Of a DNA stretch of 64,000 nucleotides, positions 47,940-58,424 are shown piece by piece (position 1 is the stretch's first letter; each line of letters starts with the position of its first letter). Origin of the DNA: Anaerolineae bacterium. GTDB taxonomy: Bacteria > Chloroflexota > Anaerolineae > UBA1429. The notes under the pieces are model-generated. The model did not search any database. It worked only from the letters and a program-made list of their open reading frames with translations, and was not told the DNA's origin. The stretch is taken from the NCBI GenBank assembly GCA_963675785.1, contig OY776562.1, positions 2,912,001 to 2,976,000 of the forward strand, written 5' to 3'. The translations under genes were made by a program, and so were the position numbers.

Positions 47940-50858
47940 ATGATGCAGCCGGCCAAGCGATCATCTATTTTGCAACATCCCTTTTTGCCAAGCCTGCTAG
48001 TTGGCCTGGGCTTGGGGCGACTGGTGTGTGAACTATTTTTGACGCCAGCCCCTTTGTTGGTGGCTGTGACGGCTGTTGTTGTATCCGGTCTGGTTTGGTA
48101 CTTGATCGCGCGCAGCCTCAAGACGGTTTGGCCTCTTGTTTTGCTACTTGTCTATATTTTCTGGCCTGCCTACGCGCCACAAGTGGGTGTAGCGGTAGTT
48201 GGAGGGACGGCGCTCGCCTTGTGGCTGACGATTAGTCAAGATGAAATCTCTGATTGGCTGTTAGGAATTTTGGTATTTTGTGGTTCTATGCTTCTTTATC
48301 TATTAACCCTTTCACCGGGGCTGCTGCCTGCCGATAGCGGCGAATTTCAATTGGTAACCAACGTTCTGGGCATCGCTCACCCGCCCGGATACGCCCTCTA
48401 TACTATGTTAGGCAAGCTCTTTTCGCTCTTGCCCCTGGCCGATCACACCATCGAGATGAATTTGCTAAGCGCTGTATTTTCTAGTGCGGCGCTGGCAGTG
48501 ATAGCTCTGGCTGTCTATCGTGTCACCAAGTCGGCTTTTGCTGGTGTTGTCTCTGCAGGCGTGTTGGGCTTGGGCGCTACCTTTTGGGTACAAAGTACCA
48601 CGACCAATATTCGTTCGCTAAGCGCCTTGTTTACTGTGCTTTTGGTAGCGTTATTATTGGGGTGGCAGCGAAACAAAAGAGATGCATACTTGGCCTGGTT
48701 GGGCCTTGTTTTTGGTTTGGCTGTGGGCCATCATGCTTCGCTGGCTTTTCTGGCGCTGCCTATCACCGCCTTTTTGTTTTGTGCTGATACCTCGCTTATC
48801 AAACAACCGCGCCGTTGGCTTGGGCCTTTGGGCCTCTTTGCGGCATCATTTGTGGTGTTGCTCTATCTGCCCATACGTAGCGCCATGTCCCCCGCCTTTG
48901 ATACATCCCATATCGATTCCGTCTCTGCCTTCTTTTCACACGTATTTGCCACAGGCTTTGGCGGAGACATGTTCTATTACCGCACTCTGCCAGAGATTAT
49001 CGAGCGCCTGGGAATCTGGTGGCAGATCATGGGCTTGGAACTGGGCACAGTGCTCAGCCTAATAGCCCTTGGCGGGCTGGGGTTGCTCATTTGGCGAGAT
49101 TGGCGTAAGGCCGTGTTGCTGGGCGGCATGGCGTTGATCAACAGTCTGGTAGCCATCACTTACAAAGCCCCGCAAACCGTCGAATACATGCTGCCCACCT
49201 ATGTCGCAGCGGCCTTTATCATTGGTTTGGGCTATGCTCCCTGTCATGTTGCAGACTCTCCTTCGTTTGCAGGCAGAAAATGGTGGCGTGCAGTATCCAG
49301 TGTGGCTTTGGCTGGTCTAGCTATGGCCGTTATGGCGCTAGGAGCTAGTAATTGGCCTGATCTGGACGCACTGCACAAGGACGATTCCACGCGCGAGTAC
49401 GCCGAGAGTATTTTGAACGAGGCGCCGGAAGATGCTCTGATTTTGGCCGGCTGGCATCAGGTGACGCCGCTATGGTATTTGCAGATTGCCGAGGGCCAAC
49501 GGCCTGACGTGACCATCGACTATGTCTACCCCGAAGGAGATCAGGACAACGAGACGGTATGGCTGAAGCGCATTAATGCAGGCTTGGAGCAGGGGCCTGT
49601 GGTGGTGACCAACTGGTTCTACGCTTACGAGCAAAGTGGACTGATCTTTACTCCTCTGACAGAGGGCTGGCTAGTTTCGGAAGGCGCTACTGCGATTGTG
49701 CCAGATGCGACTGTCTCTCTGGATGTCTCTTATGCAGAAGGTCTGTCACTCCTGGGCTACGAACTATCTTCCAACAGCGCCCAGCCCGGCGAGACGATCA
49801 CCCTTTCGCTCTATTGGCAGGTGAATGAGGCGGTGGAACGTGATTACACGCTGTTTGCCCAACTCATTGGCCCACAGGGTGTCATTGGCCAGGGCGACCA
49901 TGCGCAGCAGACTACATCCTATACGGTTGGCGGTGTGCGCGTGGATTCCTTTGATATGCCCCTATTACTGCAAACGATCCCGGGAGAATACAACCTGGTT
50001 TGTGGCTTTTACTATGCCGATGGCGAGGGTTGGACGCGCCTCTTGGCTGATGGCGCAGATACCGTCTCATTGGGCTCTGTACAGGTGCAGGCGGCCTCAC
50101 AAACCCCAGAAACCGTCAATCCCCTGGCGATTCAGTATGCTGAAGGCACACTGCTCAAGGGCTATGACGTAGATAACAGCATAGCTGGTCAGACGCGGCT
50201 CTACCTGCATTGGATGCAACCAGAGGAGTTAATGACTGAAACCGCGTTAGTCAGCATTCTCAATGGACAAGAGCTTATTGCACAAGCAACCTTGCCAGCG
50301 TTAACTGCTGGCCAGACGCAAACTCTCGCTTTGGATTTGCCCTCTGGCTTACGTAGTGTCAGCTTGGTGTTGGAGACCGATGGTGAGAGACTGTCTTATA
50401 CTGGCCTCTGGGGAATAATGCAGCGCGATTTGCTCACCCTTTCGCTGGGAGACGGTACCTCGCGCTATGTGCCTTTGGGCGGCGAGATAGTCTATTTGGG
50501 TATGGCGAGCGAACTAGATACTGACCAAGTTGTGCTGACATCCACTCTGCTTTCGCTGCGTCCGCTGATGAACGATTATTCGGTCTCTGTGGGATTGCGT
50601 TCTGCCGATGGAAGTGAGCTCAAGGACGACGGCACGCCCGGTTTGGGGTCTATTCCTACACTCAAGTGGCTCGGCGGCTGGCAGGTCGACGATCCGCACA
50701 CCATTGAACTTGCTCAGGGCGAGGCTGTCGAGGGCTGGCAGCGTACGCTGACTGTCTATGATGCCTTTACCCTGGAATCGTTGGCCGTCCTCGATGATCG
50801 GTTGGTCAATGCTGGCCAGGGTTTGACCTTGGTAGATGGCACACTAGCCAGTGAATAG
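47940..50858 (+). CDS. DUF2723-domain GT-C glycosyltransferase with large extracytoplasmic C-terminus
   Basis: TL.PGL..ADSGEFQ....LGIAHPPGYALY, GLAVGHH and many TM segments. Confidence 0.85.
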   Translation: MMQPAKRSSILQHPFLPSLLVGLGLGRLVCELFLTPAPLLVAVTAVVVSGLVWYLIARSLKTVWPLVLLLVYIFWPAYAPQVGVAVVGGTALALWLTISQDEISDWLLGILVFCGSMLLYLLTLSPGLLPADSGEFQLVTNVLGIAHPPGYALYTMLGKLFSLLPLADHTIEMNLLSAVFSSAALAVIALAVYRVTKSAFAGVVSAGVLGLGATFWVQSTTTNIRSLSALFTVLLVALLLGWQRNKRDAYLAWLGLVFGLAVGHHASLAFLALPITAFLFCADTSLIKQPRRWLGPLGLFAASFVVLLYLPIRSAMSPAFDTSHIDSVSAFFSHVFATGFGGDMFYYRTLPEIIERLGIWWQIMGLELGTVLSLIALGGLGLLIWRDWRKAVLLGGMALINSLVAITYKAPQTVEYMLPTYVAAAFIIGLGYAPCHVADSPSFAGRKWWRAVSSVALAGLAMAVMALGASNWPDLDALHKDDSTREYAESILNEAPEDALILAGWHQVTPLWYLQIAEGQRPDVTIDYVYPEGDQDNETVWLKRINAGLEQGPVVVTNWFYAYEQSGLIFTPLTEGWLVSEGATAIVPDATVSLDVSYAEGLSLLGYELSSNSAQPGETITLSLYWQVNEAVERDYTLFAQLIGPQGVIGQGDHAQQTTSYTVGGVRVDSFDMPLLLQTIPGEYNLVCGFYYADGEGWTRLLADGADTVSLGSVQVQAASQTPETVNPLAIQYAEGTLLKGYDVDNSIAGQTRLYLHWMQPEELMTETALVSILNGQELIAQATLPALTAGQTQTLALDLPSGLRSVSLVLETDGERLSYTGLWGIMQRDLLTLSLGDGTSRYVPLGGEIVYLGMASELDTDQVVLTSTLLSLRPLMNDYSVSVGLRSADGSELKDDGTPGLGSIPTLKWLGGWQVDDPHTIELAQGEAVEGWQRTLTVYDAFTLESLAVLDDRLVNAGQGLTLVDGTLASE

Positions 50859-50866
50859 GCCTAGGC

Positions 50867-53506
50867 TTATTCCAGTTCGATCTCGACAGTGGTAACACCG
50901 GCGCCCTGGAGTGTCAACCGGTTGTAGAGCACAACCTCGACGGTGTAGGTGCCTGGTGTAAGCTCGCCATCGACGGATAGCGGCACACGATCGGCAAAGG
51001 TATCCAATGGCAGCCAGAGCGAGGTGGGATAACAGCCCAGCAAAGGCGGCAGATCGCGAGAGGCAAGGATGGTGCCGTCGGTCTGCTTGAGCCGTACAGA
51101 AAGCATATAGTTGAGTGTGGCCTGGCGTTCACTGCGCCAGGTCATTTCTATAGTCACCGTCGAAGCATCGTGGCGTTCCGCGGTCACACCAAGCAGCGAG
51201 ATCTCGATGGGCTTGCTCTCGGGACCGTACTGGCCGATGGCCTCGGCTTCGGATAAGGATCCGCCCATGGTTACCTGTATCGGCGTGAGCACTGGCGTGC
51301 TCATTTCGACACCGTCGGCAGTGGTAACAGCCACAGCTTGGCCATCTTGTAGCACACGTAGACGAATCACATAGGTGCCGGGGGCCAGTTCGTCGGGGAG
51401 TGTCAGTATTAGCATGTCATCAACAAGCGCGCCACTGACCTGTGCCCAGATCGGCGCAGGCTCATAGAGGTGGGCCGTCGTTGAGACCAGCGATAATTCG
51501 ACGGTATAAGCGGCATCCTCCGAGGATTCCCAGTCGAGCAGGACTTGCAGAGCTTCGCCGGGCTGCAGAGTAGTAGTGTTATAGCTGTAATCTACCAATC
51601 TGGCCTCGCCAAAGAAGACACCCTCGGGTTCGGCGTGCAGATAAGGCGCCCGTGAAAAATCGGCGATGCGTGCTCCTTCCAGAGCCTCTGTTTGGGGTAT
51701 GAATGGTGTAAGGGCGGCCCAAACCACAATGATCGCCCCTGCGCCCAGCCCAACCAACAGCTTGTTACGCTGTTTGCGGTTCTTGATGCAGGGAATAGTC
51801 AACAAAGCGGCAAGCACGATCAACGCCACCAGTGAAGCCCATTCAGCTACATTACGCACCGTGCTATTGGCGAAATAGAGGGTCACCTCATGGCTGCCCG
51901 GATCCAGCCGCAGCCCACACAGCCCCAACCCGGCCAACGGCTCGATACCCTGCGTCTGGCCATCCACAACGGCCTCCCAACCAGAGAAGAAGGTGGTGTT
52001 AAAAGCCAGCAGCACCTTTTCTTCGATGGTGATACGCCAGGTTTGTGTGGTCGAATCCCTTTCCACCAGTTCGGCGCTGCTCATGACGCCTTCGAGCACC
52101 AACGGAGAGATCGTCTCGTCACCCAAAGCTACGGCGGAGGTCTGCGGGCGCGGCACAAAATCCGCTGGCAGATATTCGTTGCGGATGGTAGTACCCGTAT
52201 TGCCTGAATAGGCCTCGTAGAACTGGAGCTGTTCGGCAGTGACATCGGTTTCGGTAATGGGTAAATAATCAAGATCGAGGCCCCCCATACCGGCAAAGGA
52301 TACAAGTGCTGCGATGGCTATGCCCCAAGCCCATTGCCACTTGTCACGTAAAAGTTCGAACAGGTTGGGGACGAGCAAGGCGATGCCCAATGCTTGAACC
52401 GACAGCAATCGCCAGGGGAACTGGGTGTAGGATAAGAGGGGCAGATTCTCCCATACGATCAAGGATGAGCTGGTCATCAACCAGGTATAGCCCAGTGTGG
52501 TTATGAGAATGAGGATATTGAGCCCGTCCGCTTTGTGTTGCTTGATCATTCCCCCGATGGTTGCAATGATGCCCAGAATGCCCAGTACGGCTTCAACGCC
52601 GCCCATGGCAAAGGGATCTTGATTTGCCGTGATGGTATAGTCGTGGATCAGGCTGGGCTGCACAAAGGTGTTGGTCAGGTGTCCGCGAAAGTCAAAGTAT
52701 CCTGTGGTTTGATCGGTGAGTTGAACCAGCGGCTGCTCCCATAGGGCGGGTACCCAAAACCAGGCACTGAGGGCCAGCCCGAGCAGAAGTGCGCCAGCAC
52801 CCAACGATAACGTTCGCCAGTTTTTCTCGCTACGCAGGGCTTGTACCAGAATCCACATGGCTACCAGCGGTGCAAAAAGCATCGCCGAGATGTTGTGCGA
52901 GAGCATGAGCGCGGCAAAAGAGGCCGCCAAGCCGCAAAAAGTCCAAAAACTCGGCTTTTTCTCCAGGCGCAATGCGGCATAGAGAATGATCGGAAATAGT
53001 GCCATAGCATAGAATTCGGAAAGCGAGTCGCCACGGACATAGATGTTGATGAGATGAAAGGGAGCGAAAGTATAGATAGCCGAAGCTGCCACGGCTGCGG
53101 GGCGTTTGTGGCCGAGTTCGAGTATCAAAGCGTAGGTGGCTACTGCGGCTATGAGAAAGCCGAGGATTTGTGTGGCCTGGATGCCGCCGATGACGCCCAG
53201 GCCCATCAGGTTAAGCGTTGAAGCAATATAGTAGGGCAGTGCGGCGTAATAATTGTAAAAAGGATAGCCCAAGCCCTGGGCGGCGCCCGCCATCCAGCGC
53301 ACGGGGAACTCACCATCGGCTAGCGATTGACTCATCTCGTAGACGCGCTGCAACAAAAAGGGCGAATCGCCGCCAGCACGGGTATTGATCATGCCTTGTC
53401 CGCTGACAATGGGCAGCGCGGCAAGCAGCCCGAACAAAAGAACCAGCAAGAGACTCCAATTGAGCCTCTTGCTGGTTGTCTTTTCCGAGCTTTGGGCCCG
53501 AATCAT
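50867..53506 (-). CDS. GT-C-type membrane protein (PTPS-related/YfhO-like)
   Basis: FPVRW.....GLGYPFYNYY, APFHL..IY.RG..SE, LSHN, QFPWR and YfhO-like F.GW.A.VDG. Confidence 0.8.
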   Translation of the reverse strand: MIRAQSSEKTTSKRLNWSLLLVLLFGLLAALPIVSGQGMINTRAGGDSPFLLQRVYEMSQSLADGEFPVRWMAGAAQGLGYPFYNYYAALPYYIASTLNLMGLGVIGGIQATQILGFLIAAVATYALILELGHKRPAAVAASAIYTFAPFHLINIYVRGDSLSEFYAMALFPIILYAALRLEKKPSFWTFCGLAASFAALMLSHNISAMLFAPLVAMWILVQALRSEKNWRTLSLGAGALLLGLALSAWFWVPALWEQPLVQLTDQTTGYFDFRGHLTNTFVQPSLIHDYTITANQDPFAMGGVEAVLGILGIIATIGGMIKQHKADGLNILILITTLGYTWLMTSSSLIVWENLPLLSYTQFPWRLLSVQALGIALLVPNLFELLRDKWQWAWGIAIAALVSFAGMGGLDLDYLPITETDVTAEQLQFYEAYSGNTGTTIRNEYLPADFVPRPQTSAVALGDETISPLVLEGVMSSAELVERDSTTQTWRITIEEKVLLAFNTTFFSGWEAVVDGQTQGIEPLAGLGLCGLRLDPGSHEVTLYFANSTVRNVAEWASLVALIVLAALLTIPCIKNRKQRNKLLVGLGAGAIIVVWAALTPFIPQTEALEGARIADFSRAPYLHAEPEGVFFGEARLVDYSYNTTTLQPGEALQVLLDWESSEDAAYTVELSLVSTTAHLYEPAPIWAQVSGALVDDMLILTLPDELAPGTYVIRLRVLQDGQAVAVTTADGVEMSTPVLTPIQVTMGGSLSEAEAIGQYGPESKPIEISLLGVTAERHDASTVTIEMTWRSERQATLNYMLSVRLKQTDGTILASRDLPPLLGCYPTSLWLPLDTFADRVPLSVDGELTPGTYTVEVVLYNRLTLQGAGVTTVEIELE

Positions 53507-53510
53507 GTTC

Positions 53511-54758
53511 TTACTCTACTGGTTTCTTGAAGAATATGCGCGATAGCACAAACAGGGCAATAGCGACTATGACAACGATAATCCCAGTCCAGCCACCGAT
53601 CCCCCCGCCACTATCGCTTGAAGAGGTTTCTGTAGCCGTGGGCTCTGGTGTAGCTTCGGCGTCAGCTTCGGTAGGTTTGGCTGTCGGTTCTACGGTTGGG
53701 ATCGCCTTGACGGCGAAACTCACCTCTGCCGTTTCACCCGAAATCACAGAGACAATTGCCTCGTTAGGTGTAACTGAGGTGTATCCATCAGGGTTAATTT
53801 TGCTCACGGTATAAGTGCCAACGCTCAATCCTTCTGTAAGATTGATCTCAGCAGCATCATAGCTATCGACCACGACATCATCTGAATCAGTAATTTCAAC
53901 GGCGGCGCCGCTGATGGTGGCTTCATCGTCATCCATGATGCCGTTTTCGTTCAAATCGTCAAAGACAGTCACCGAAATCGAGCCGGGCACGGGAGTAGCA
54001 GTTGGTTCCGCCGTGGCAGTTGCTGTGGGTAGCGGTGTCTCGGTCGGGATGGTGGTAGCCGTAGGAATGGCGGTCGGCGCTGGTGTGTTGGTAGGCATGG
54101 GCGTCGGCGCTGTATAGGTCACGCAGATGTCGTCCCAGTAGCTATAGTTATATTTGATCTTCCACTCAGCACGGCCGCGCAGGAACACGGTGATAGTCGA
54201 GTTTTGTGCTTGAGCCGAAAGTGTCAGGTTGACCCAGCTATCGAGGGTTATGTTCTCGGCTGACCACACGACGCTGGAAGCTGACCAATCGGTGCCGCCA
54301 GTGGGGTCAATACCCACGGAGAGATAGTACTGGCCGCCGGTCGAGACATTGCTGTCATCGCCGGTTGAACTCCAGGCTAGGGCCCAAGCAGAGAGCGTAA
54401 CCTGGCTACCAGAAGACACTTGAACCTGCTGATAGATACCGGCATTATGCGTCGAATAGGTCATGCCAAAGGCCTGAGAAGTAGCTCCTTCACGAATACG
54501 GGAGCTGTTTTTCTCCTGGCCGAAGGTAGGCCTGACATTCAAACCGTCCTCTGAGAAGGGGCCATTTTGGTAAAAATAACCCCAACCATCGGCGACATAA
54601 ATCTGGCCGTCGGCACGGTCGGAGAAACTGCCTTCAAAACCGCCGTTGCTGAGCACATTGCCTGCGCAGTCGGCTGAGACAGAGGGGACGATGAGGCTCA
54701 AGCTGAGCATCATCACCAGCATATAAATAGCGAATCGGTTTAGGCGGTATGAATGCAT
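53511..54758 (-). CDS. Secreted, C-terminally anchored protein with CBM-like domain, PT-rich linkers and SdrD-B-like domain
   Basis: Signal peptide, NGGFE, GIDPTGG, PTATAT repeats, VFDDLNENGIMD and a C-terminal TM followed by KK. Confidence 0.8.
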   Translation of the reverse strand: MHSYRLNRFAIYMLVMMLSLSLIVPSVSADCAGNVLSNGGFEGSFSDRADGQIYVADGWGYFYQNGPFSEDGLNVRPTFGQEKNSSRIREGATSQAFGMTYSTHNAGIYQQVQVSSGSQVTLSAWALAWSSTGDDSNVSTGGQYYLSVGIDPTGGTDWSASSVVWSAENITLDSWVNLTLSAQAQNSTITVFLRGRAEWKIKYNYSYWDDICVTYTAPTPMPTNTPAPTAIPTATTIPTETPLPTATATAEPTATPVPGSISVTVFDDLNENGIMDDDEATISGAAVEITDSDDVVVDSYDAAEINLTEGLSVGTYTVSKINPDGYTSVTPNEAIVSVISGETAEVSFAVKAIPTVEPTAKPTEADAEATPEPTATETSSSDSGGGIGGWTGIIVVIVAIALFVLSRIFFKKPVE

Positions 54759-54771
54759 GGTATCTCCTGTG

Positions 54772-56733
54772 CTATGGGTTTAACCCCTGTAATGGTATAT
54801 CAACCGCTGTTGCTTCTGTGTCATCATAAGCCACAGCCAGACGTTCGAGCGTATCCCAGTGATAGAGCCCTACTCGGAGAATCAAATTGTCGAGTGTTTG
54901 GTCCGGATCGAGTGTAAGCCTATGGACATCCTCAACGACGTCACCAGAACGCCAAAGTTCCGTCCCATAATACCCCAATGCTAGCGGGCCGTCATCTTGA
55001 ACAAGAATACTATCCGATTCAAGGACGTGGACAAAGACGTTCAAACTTGAACCCAGCGATTGTGTGCAGTGCCAATACAGCCTGACGATCAGTTGGTCAT
55101 CGATGGTTTCACAGCTATAGCCTACGAGTTCAATGCCGTCTTCAAATGTAGCCTGTAGGTTATCAGGCGTTTCGATGGCAGAGGTACTGATAGACACGTT
55201 GAGCAAGCGCGATTCCGTCTCCAAATCGCCCTGCTCATAACCACCCTCGGACACGGTGATCAGGCGATTTTCGGGCAAATAAGTCATCAGCTCTTGCCAC
55301 GACTCATAAGGCCAAAACACCATCATAGCATCTTTGGCATTGGTCAGTTCTTGTGGATTGTTTGTGATGAATCCGGCTTTTTGGGCGGCATCGGTCAGAT
55401 AGGTGATGGATTGCCAGCTATCATAAAAACGCGGTGCGATGTAAACCAGCCGTTCTGACTCAGGTTTGTCGTTGGAGACGCTATACCCTTCTCCTTGCCA
55501 GCCTATACCCAGGTACTGGTTGACCCCGACGGCTAGCTCGGTGGCAGCGCTTTCGAACTGGTAATAAACGGTCTCGCTTTGCAGGTGGGGTAAATATGCG
55601 GTGAGGCTCAGCGTGGCCGATACGGCGATGATGCCCACTGCCGTGCCTCGCATCAGCCGCATTTCGTCGAGGCGCCTGACCAAGGTGTCCAATCCGTAGG
55701 CGGGCAATAGGTAGAGCACCGGCAGCACACCGCTGGCCCGCAAAAAGTGGGGGGCATCCTCGGCGATGACGGTAGGAACTAGCATGATGGCAAACCAGAT
55801 GAGAACGATAGCGCCTTGGGGGTTACGGCGAAAGCGCCGCAGGAGAACGATAATCCCCAGAGCAAAGCAGATGGCGATGAGTGGATCGAACACGGGACGC
55901 AACGGTACGTTGTGCCGAGGGATGAAATCTCCCTGCCAGAAAAAGGCCAGTGCCGTTTTGAGCAGGTTTTGCCCCAACATAGCTAGGGGCTGGCCGTTGC
56001 CTATAGCGGGATTGAGAATCGAGACCTGGCCGGCTCGGCCAAAGGTCTCTTGCCAGTGTGTGACGAAATATATGCCTAGTGGGGCAAAGATGATGATGGC
56101 GCTCAGGCAGGCAATGAGCAGACCACGCCAAGTTTCTTGGCGGTGCCAGATCAAGAGATAGAGCAGGATAAGGCACAAGGCGACGATACCCACGCGTGCG
56201 GACAGATAAGTGTAGAGCGAAAGACCCAACAATACGCCGCCGCCAAGAGCCGCCCAAAGGGATCTTTTCTTTTGAGAGTGTACCAGTAGCGCCAGAGCAC
56301 TGGTAATGATGGGCAGATAGGCAATGGCGCGAAAACCCACCCGGCTGAGATTGATGGCCCACACACTGCTTGTTGCTAGTAGGGCGGCATAGGTGGCCAC
56401 CCTACGATTGGCTAGTTCACGTCCCAGCCAATAAACACAAGGTATGAAAAGCGTACCCAGCAGCGCCGATACGAGGCGAATGGCAGCAGGGGTAGCCCCC
56501 AAAAGGCGAATGCTCAGTGCTATGAGATAAATATAGAGTGGCTCGCGGCCATTGTTTGCCTCAAAATAGAGGGGATGATCGCCATCCAACACAGAGAGTG
56601 CATCGATGCCGTTGACGGCTTCGTCGTGGTATAGACCAGTAGGTAGGGTATCGAGCTGGTAAAAGCGAATCAACGCGGCTGCAAGGATGATGGCCAGCAG
56701 CACAAACCATTCATTTTGCAGTAGGCGTTTCAT
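54772..56733 (-). CDS. ArnT/PMT-family (GT-C) glycosyltransferase
   Basis: P.GL.HDEA.NG.DA, GREPLY, SR.GFR, YTY.SAR and PHFLR; likely start MKRLLQ. Confidence 0.85.
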   Translation of the reverse strand: MKRLLQNEWFVLLAIILAAALIRFYQLDTLPTGLYHDEAVNGIDALSVLDGDHPLYFEANNGREPLYIYLIALSIRLLGATPAAIRLVSALLGTLFIPCVYWLGRELANRRVATYAALLATSSVWAINLSRVGFRAIAYLPIITSALALLVHSQKKRSLWAALGGGVLLGLSLYTYLSARVGIVALCLILLYLLIWHRQETWRGLLIACLSAIIIFAPLGIYFVTHWQETFGRAGQVSILNPAIGNGQPLAMLGQNLLKTALAFFWQGDFIPRHNVPLRPVFDPLIAICFALGIIVLLRRFRRNPQGAIVLIWFAIMLVPTVIAEDAPHFLRASGVLPVLYLLPAYGLDTLVRRLDEMRLMRGTAVGIIAVSATLSLTAYLPHLQSETVYYQFESAATELAVGVNQYLGIGWQGEGYSVSNDKPESERLVYIAPRFYDSWQSITYLTDAAQKAGFITNNPQELTNAKDAMMVFWPYESWQELMTYLPENRLITVSEGGYEQGDLETESRLLNVSISTSAIETPDNLQATFEDGIELVGYSCETIDDQLIVRLYWHCTQSLGSSLNVFVHVLESDSILVQDDGPLALGYYGTELWRSGDVVEDVHRLTLDPDQTLDNLILRVGLYHWDTLERLAVAYDDTEATAVDIPLQGLNP

Positions 56734-56836
56734 ATGCGGAATAGGCTCCTGTGTGGACGTTCGCTCCGAGTATAGCAGAGCTGGCCTGAGCGTCAACGGG
56801 GCACCGATATGCTCGATGCCCCGTTATTTGTGTTAC

Positions 56837-58111
56837 CTAAAGCTCGGGAATAGTAGTTTGGCCCCCCATGTAAGGGCGCAGCACCTCGGGGATGACGATG
56901 CTGCCATCGGCTTGCTGATAGTTCTCGATGATAGCGATCATGATGCGGGGCAGGGCTAGTCCTGAACCATTTAGGGTGTGCACGAATTCGGGTTTGCCGC
57001 CCTCTGCCGGGCGGTAGCGGATACCCGCTCGCCGTGCTTGAAAGTCTTTGAAATTGCTGCAGCTCGATACTTCAAGCCATTCCTTGCAACCTGCCGCCCA
57101 AACCTCGACATCGTATTTGACGGCGGCGGTAAAGCTGAGGTCGCCTGTGCACATTTGTACCACGCGGTGAGGCAGGCCCAAGCGTCGGCAAACATCTTCG
57201 GCGTTGTCCAGCAGGGACATCAGTTCGTCCATCGAAGTCTCTGGCTTGACGAACTTGACCATCTCGACCTTGTCGAACTGATGACCGCGCTTGATGCCAC
57301 GTGTATCTTTGCCAGCCGACATCTTTTCGCGGCGGAAGCAGGCCGTATAGGCGGTGTGATAGATGGGCAAATCGGTTTCGTCCATGATCTCGTCGCGGTA
57401 CATATTGGTGACGGGAATCTCGGCCGTGCCGATCATCCACAAATCGTCTTCGTCGTCGTGATACTGGTTATCGGCGAATTTGGGCAGCTGGCCAGTGCCA
57501 TAAAGACATTCGCGGCGCACCATATAAGGCGGATATACTTCGATATAGCCGTGCTCGCGGGTATGCAGGTCCAACATAAAGGCGATGATAGCACGCTGCA
57601 GACGGGCGCCGTCCTTCTTTAGGATGTAGAAGCGGGTTCCCGAGATTTTCACGCCGCGCTCAAAGTCGATGATACCCAATTCCTCGCCCAGCTCCCAGTG
57701 GGGTCGCGGCTCGAAATCGAACTGGGGTAGATTCTCAGCCTGCCTGAGGATGAGGTTTTCGCTTTCATCGAGCCCTACTGGCACCGATTCATCGGGCATG
57801 TTGGGCACCTGCATCATCAGAGTGTCCAGCTTTTCCTGGGTGGGCCCCAGTTCGACCTCGATGATCTTGATCTCATCGCCGACTTGACGCATTTTAGCGA
57901 TGAGGGACTGTTTTTCATGCGGGTCCTTGATGTGCGGAATTTCTTTCGAGACCGTATTGCGCTCTGCCCGCAGTGTCTCTACCCGAGAGAGCATCTCGCG
58001 GCGCTTTTCGTCGAGTTCGAGAATCTCATCAATGGGCGCCGTGGTGTTTAGCGCCTTCATTGCTTCCCGAACCTGATCTGTATTGCTGCGGATATAGGAC
58101 AGATCGAGCAT
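56837..58111 (-). CDS. serS: Serine--tRNA ligase
   Basis: MLD start, TAEIP, CFRRE, RGHQFDKVE, EVSSCSN and HTLNGSGLA. Confidence 0.97.
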   Translation of the reverse strand: MLDLSYIRSNTDQVREAMKALNTTAPIDEILELDEKRREMLSRVETLRAERNTVSKEIPHIKDPHEKQSLIAKMRQVGDEIKIIEVELGPTQEKLDTLMMQVPNMPDESVPVGLDESENLILRQAENLPQFDFEPRPHWELGEELGIIDFERGVKISGTRFYILKKDGARLQRAIIAFMLDLHTREHGYIEVYPPYMVRRECLYGTGQLPKFADNQYHDDEDDLWMIGTAEIPVTNMYRDEIMDETDLPIYHTAYTACFRREKMSAGKDTRGIKRGHQFDKVEMVKFVKPETSMDELMSLLDNAEDVCRRLGLPHRVVQMCTGDLSFTAAVKYDVEVWAAGCKEWLEVSSCSNFKDFQARRAGIRYRPAEGGKPEFVHTLNGSGLALPRIMIAIIENYQQADGSIVIPEVLRPYMGGQTTIPEL

Positions 58112-58134
58112 TTCTCTTCCCTCCCATAACAACG

Positions 58135-58390
58135 AAAACAAAAAGCGCCCTCCATCCCATAGGACGAAGCGCGCTTGCCTTCGTGGTGCCACCCTGGTTT
58201 GCCAACGCCTTGCGGCCGTCAGCCTTAGGCCCCTTGATGGGGCGATGCTCTATATCGGGAGCGCCCGGCCTGCTTAGCATCATGGTTTGCAGGCGGCTCT
58301 GGAGCGGAATTCGCCGATTGCTGTACCCTCTTTCCACCATCGAGGGCTCTCTGTGGCAGCCAGATCGATTACTGCTCTCCTTCAATGCCT
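58135..58390 (-). promoter_or_regulatory. T-box riboswitch (Ser specifier UCC) with terminator, upstream of serS
   Basis: Minus strand has AGTA, AGAGA and GGTGGAA in stem I, specifier GAAT-TCC-G at 58306-58308, T-box AACCAGGGTGGCACCAC and a terminator ending GGCGCTTTTT. Confidence 0.9.
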
Positions 58391-58424
58391 TATGCCAGTA
58401 TCATAGCTTTAGGCTCGGCTTTGG

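Noticed and set aside
53980-54120. Low-complexity repetitive DNA
   Set aside because: It encodes the Pro/Thr linker with varied codons and is not a DNA-level tandem repeat.
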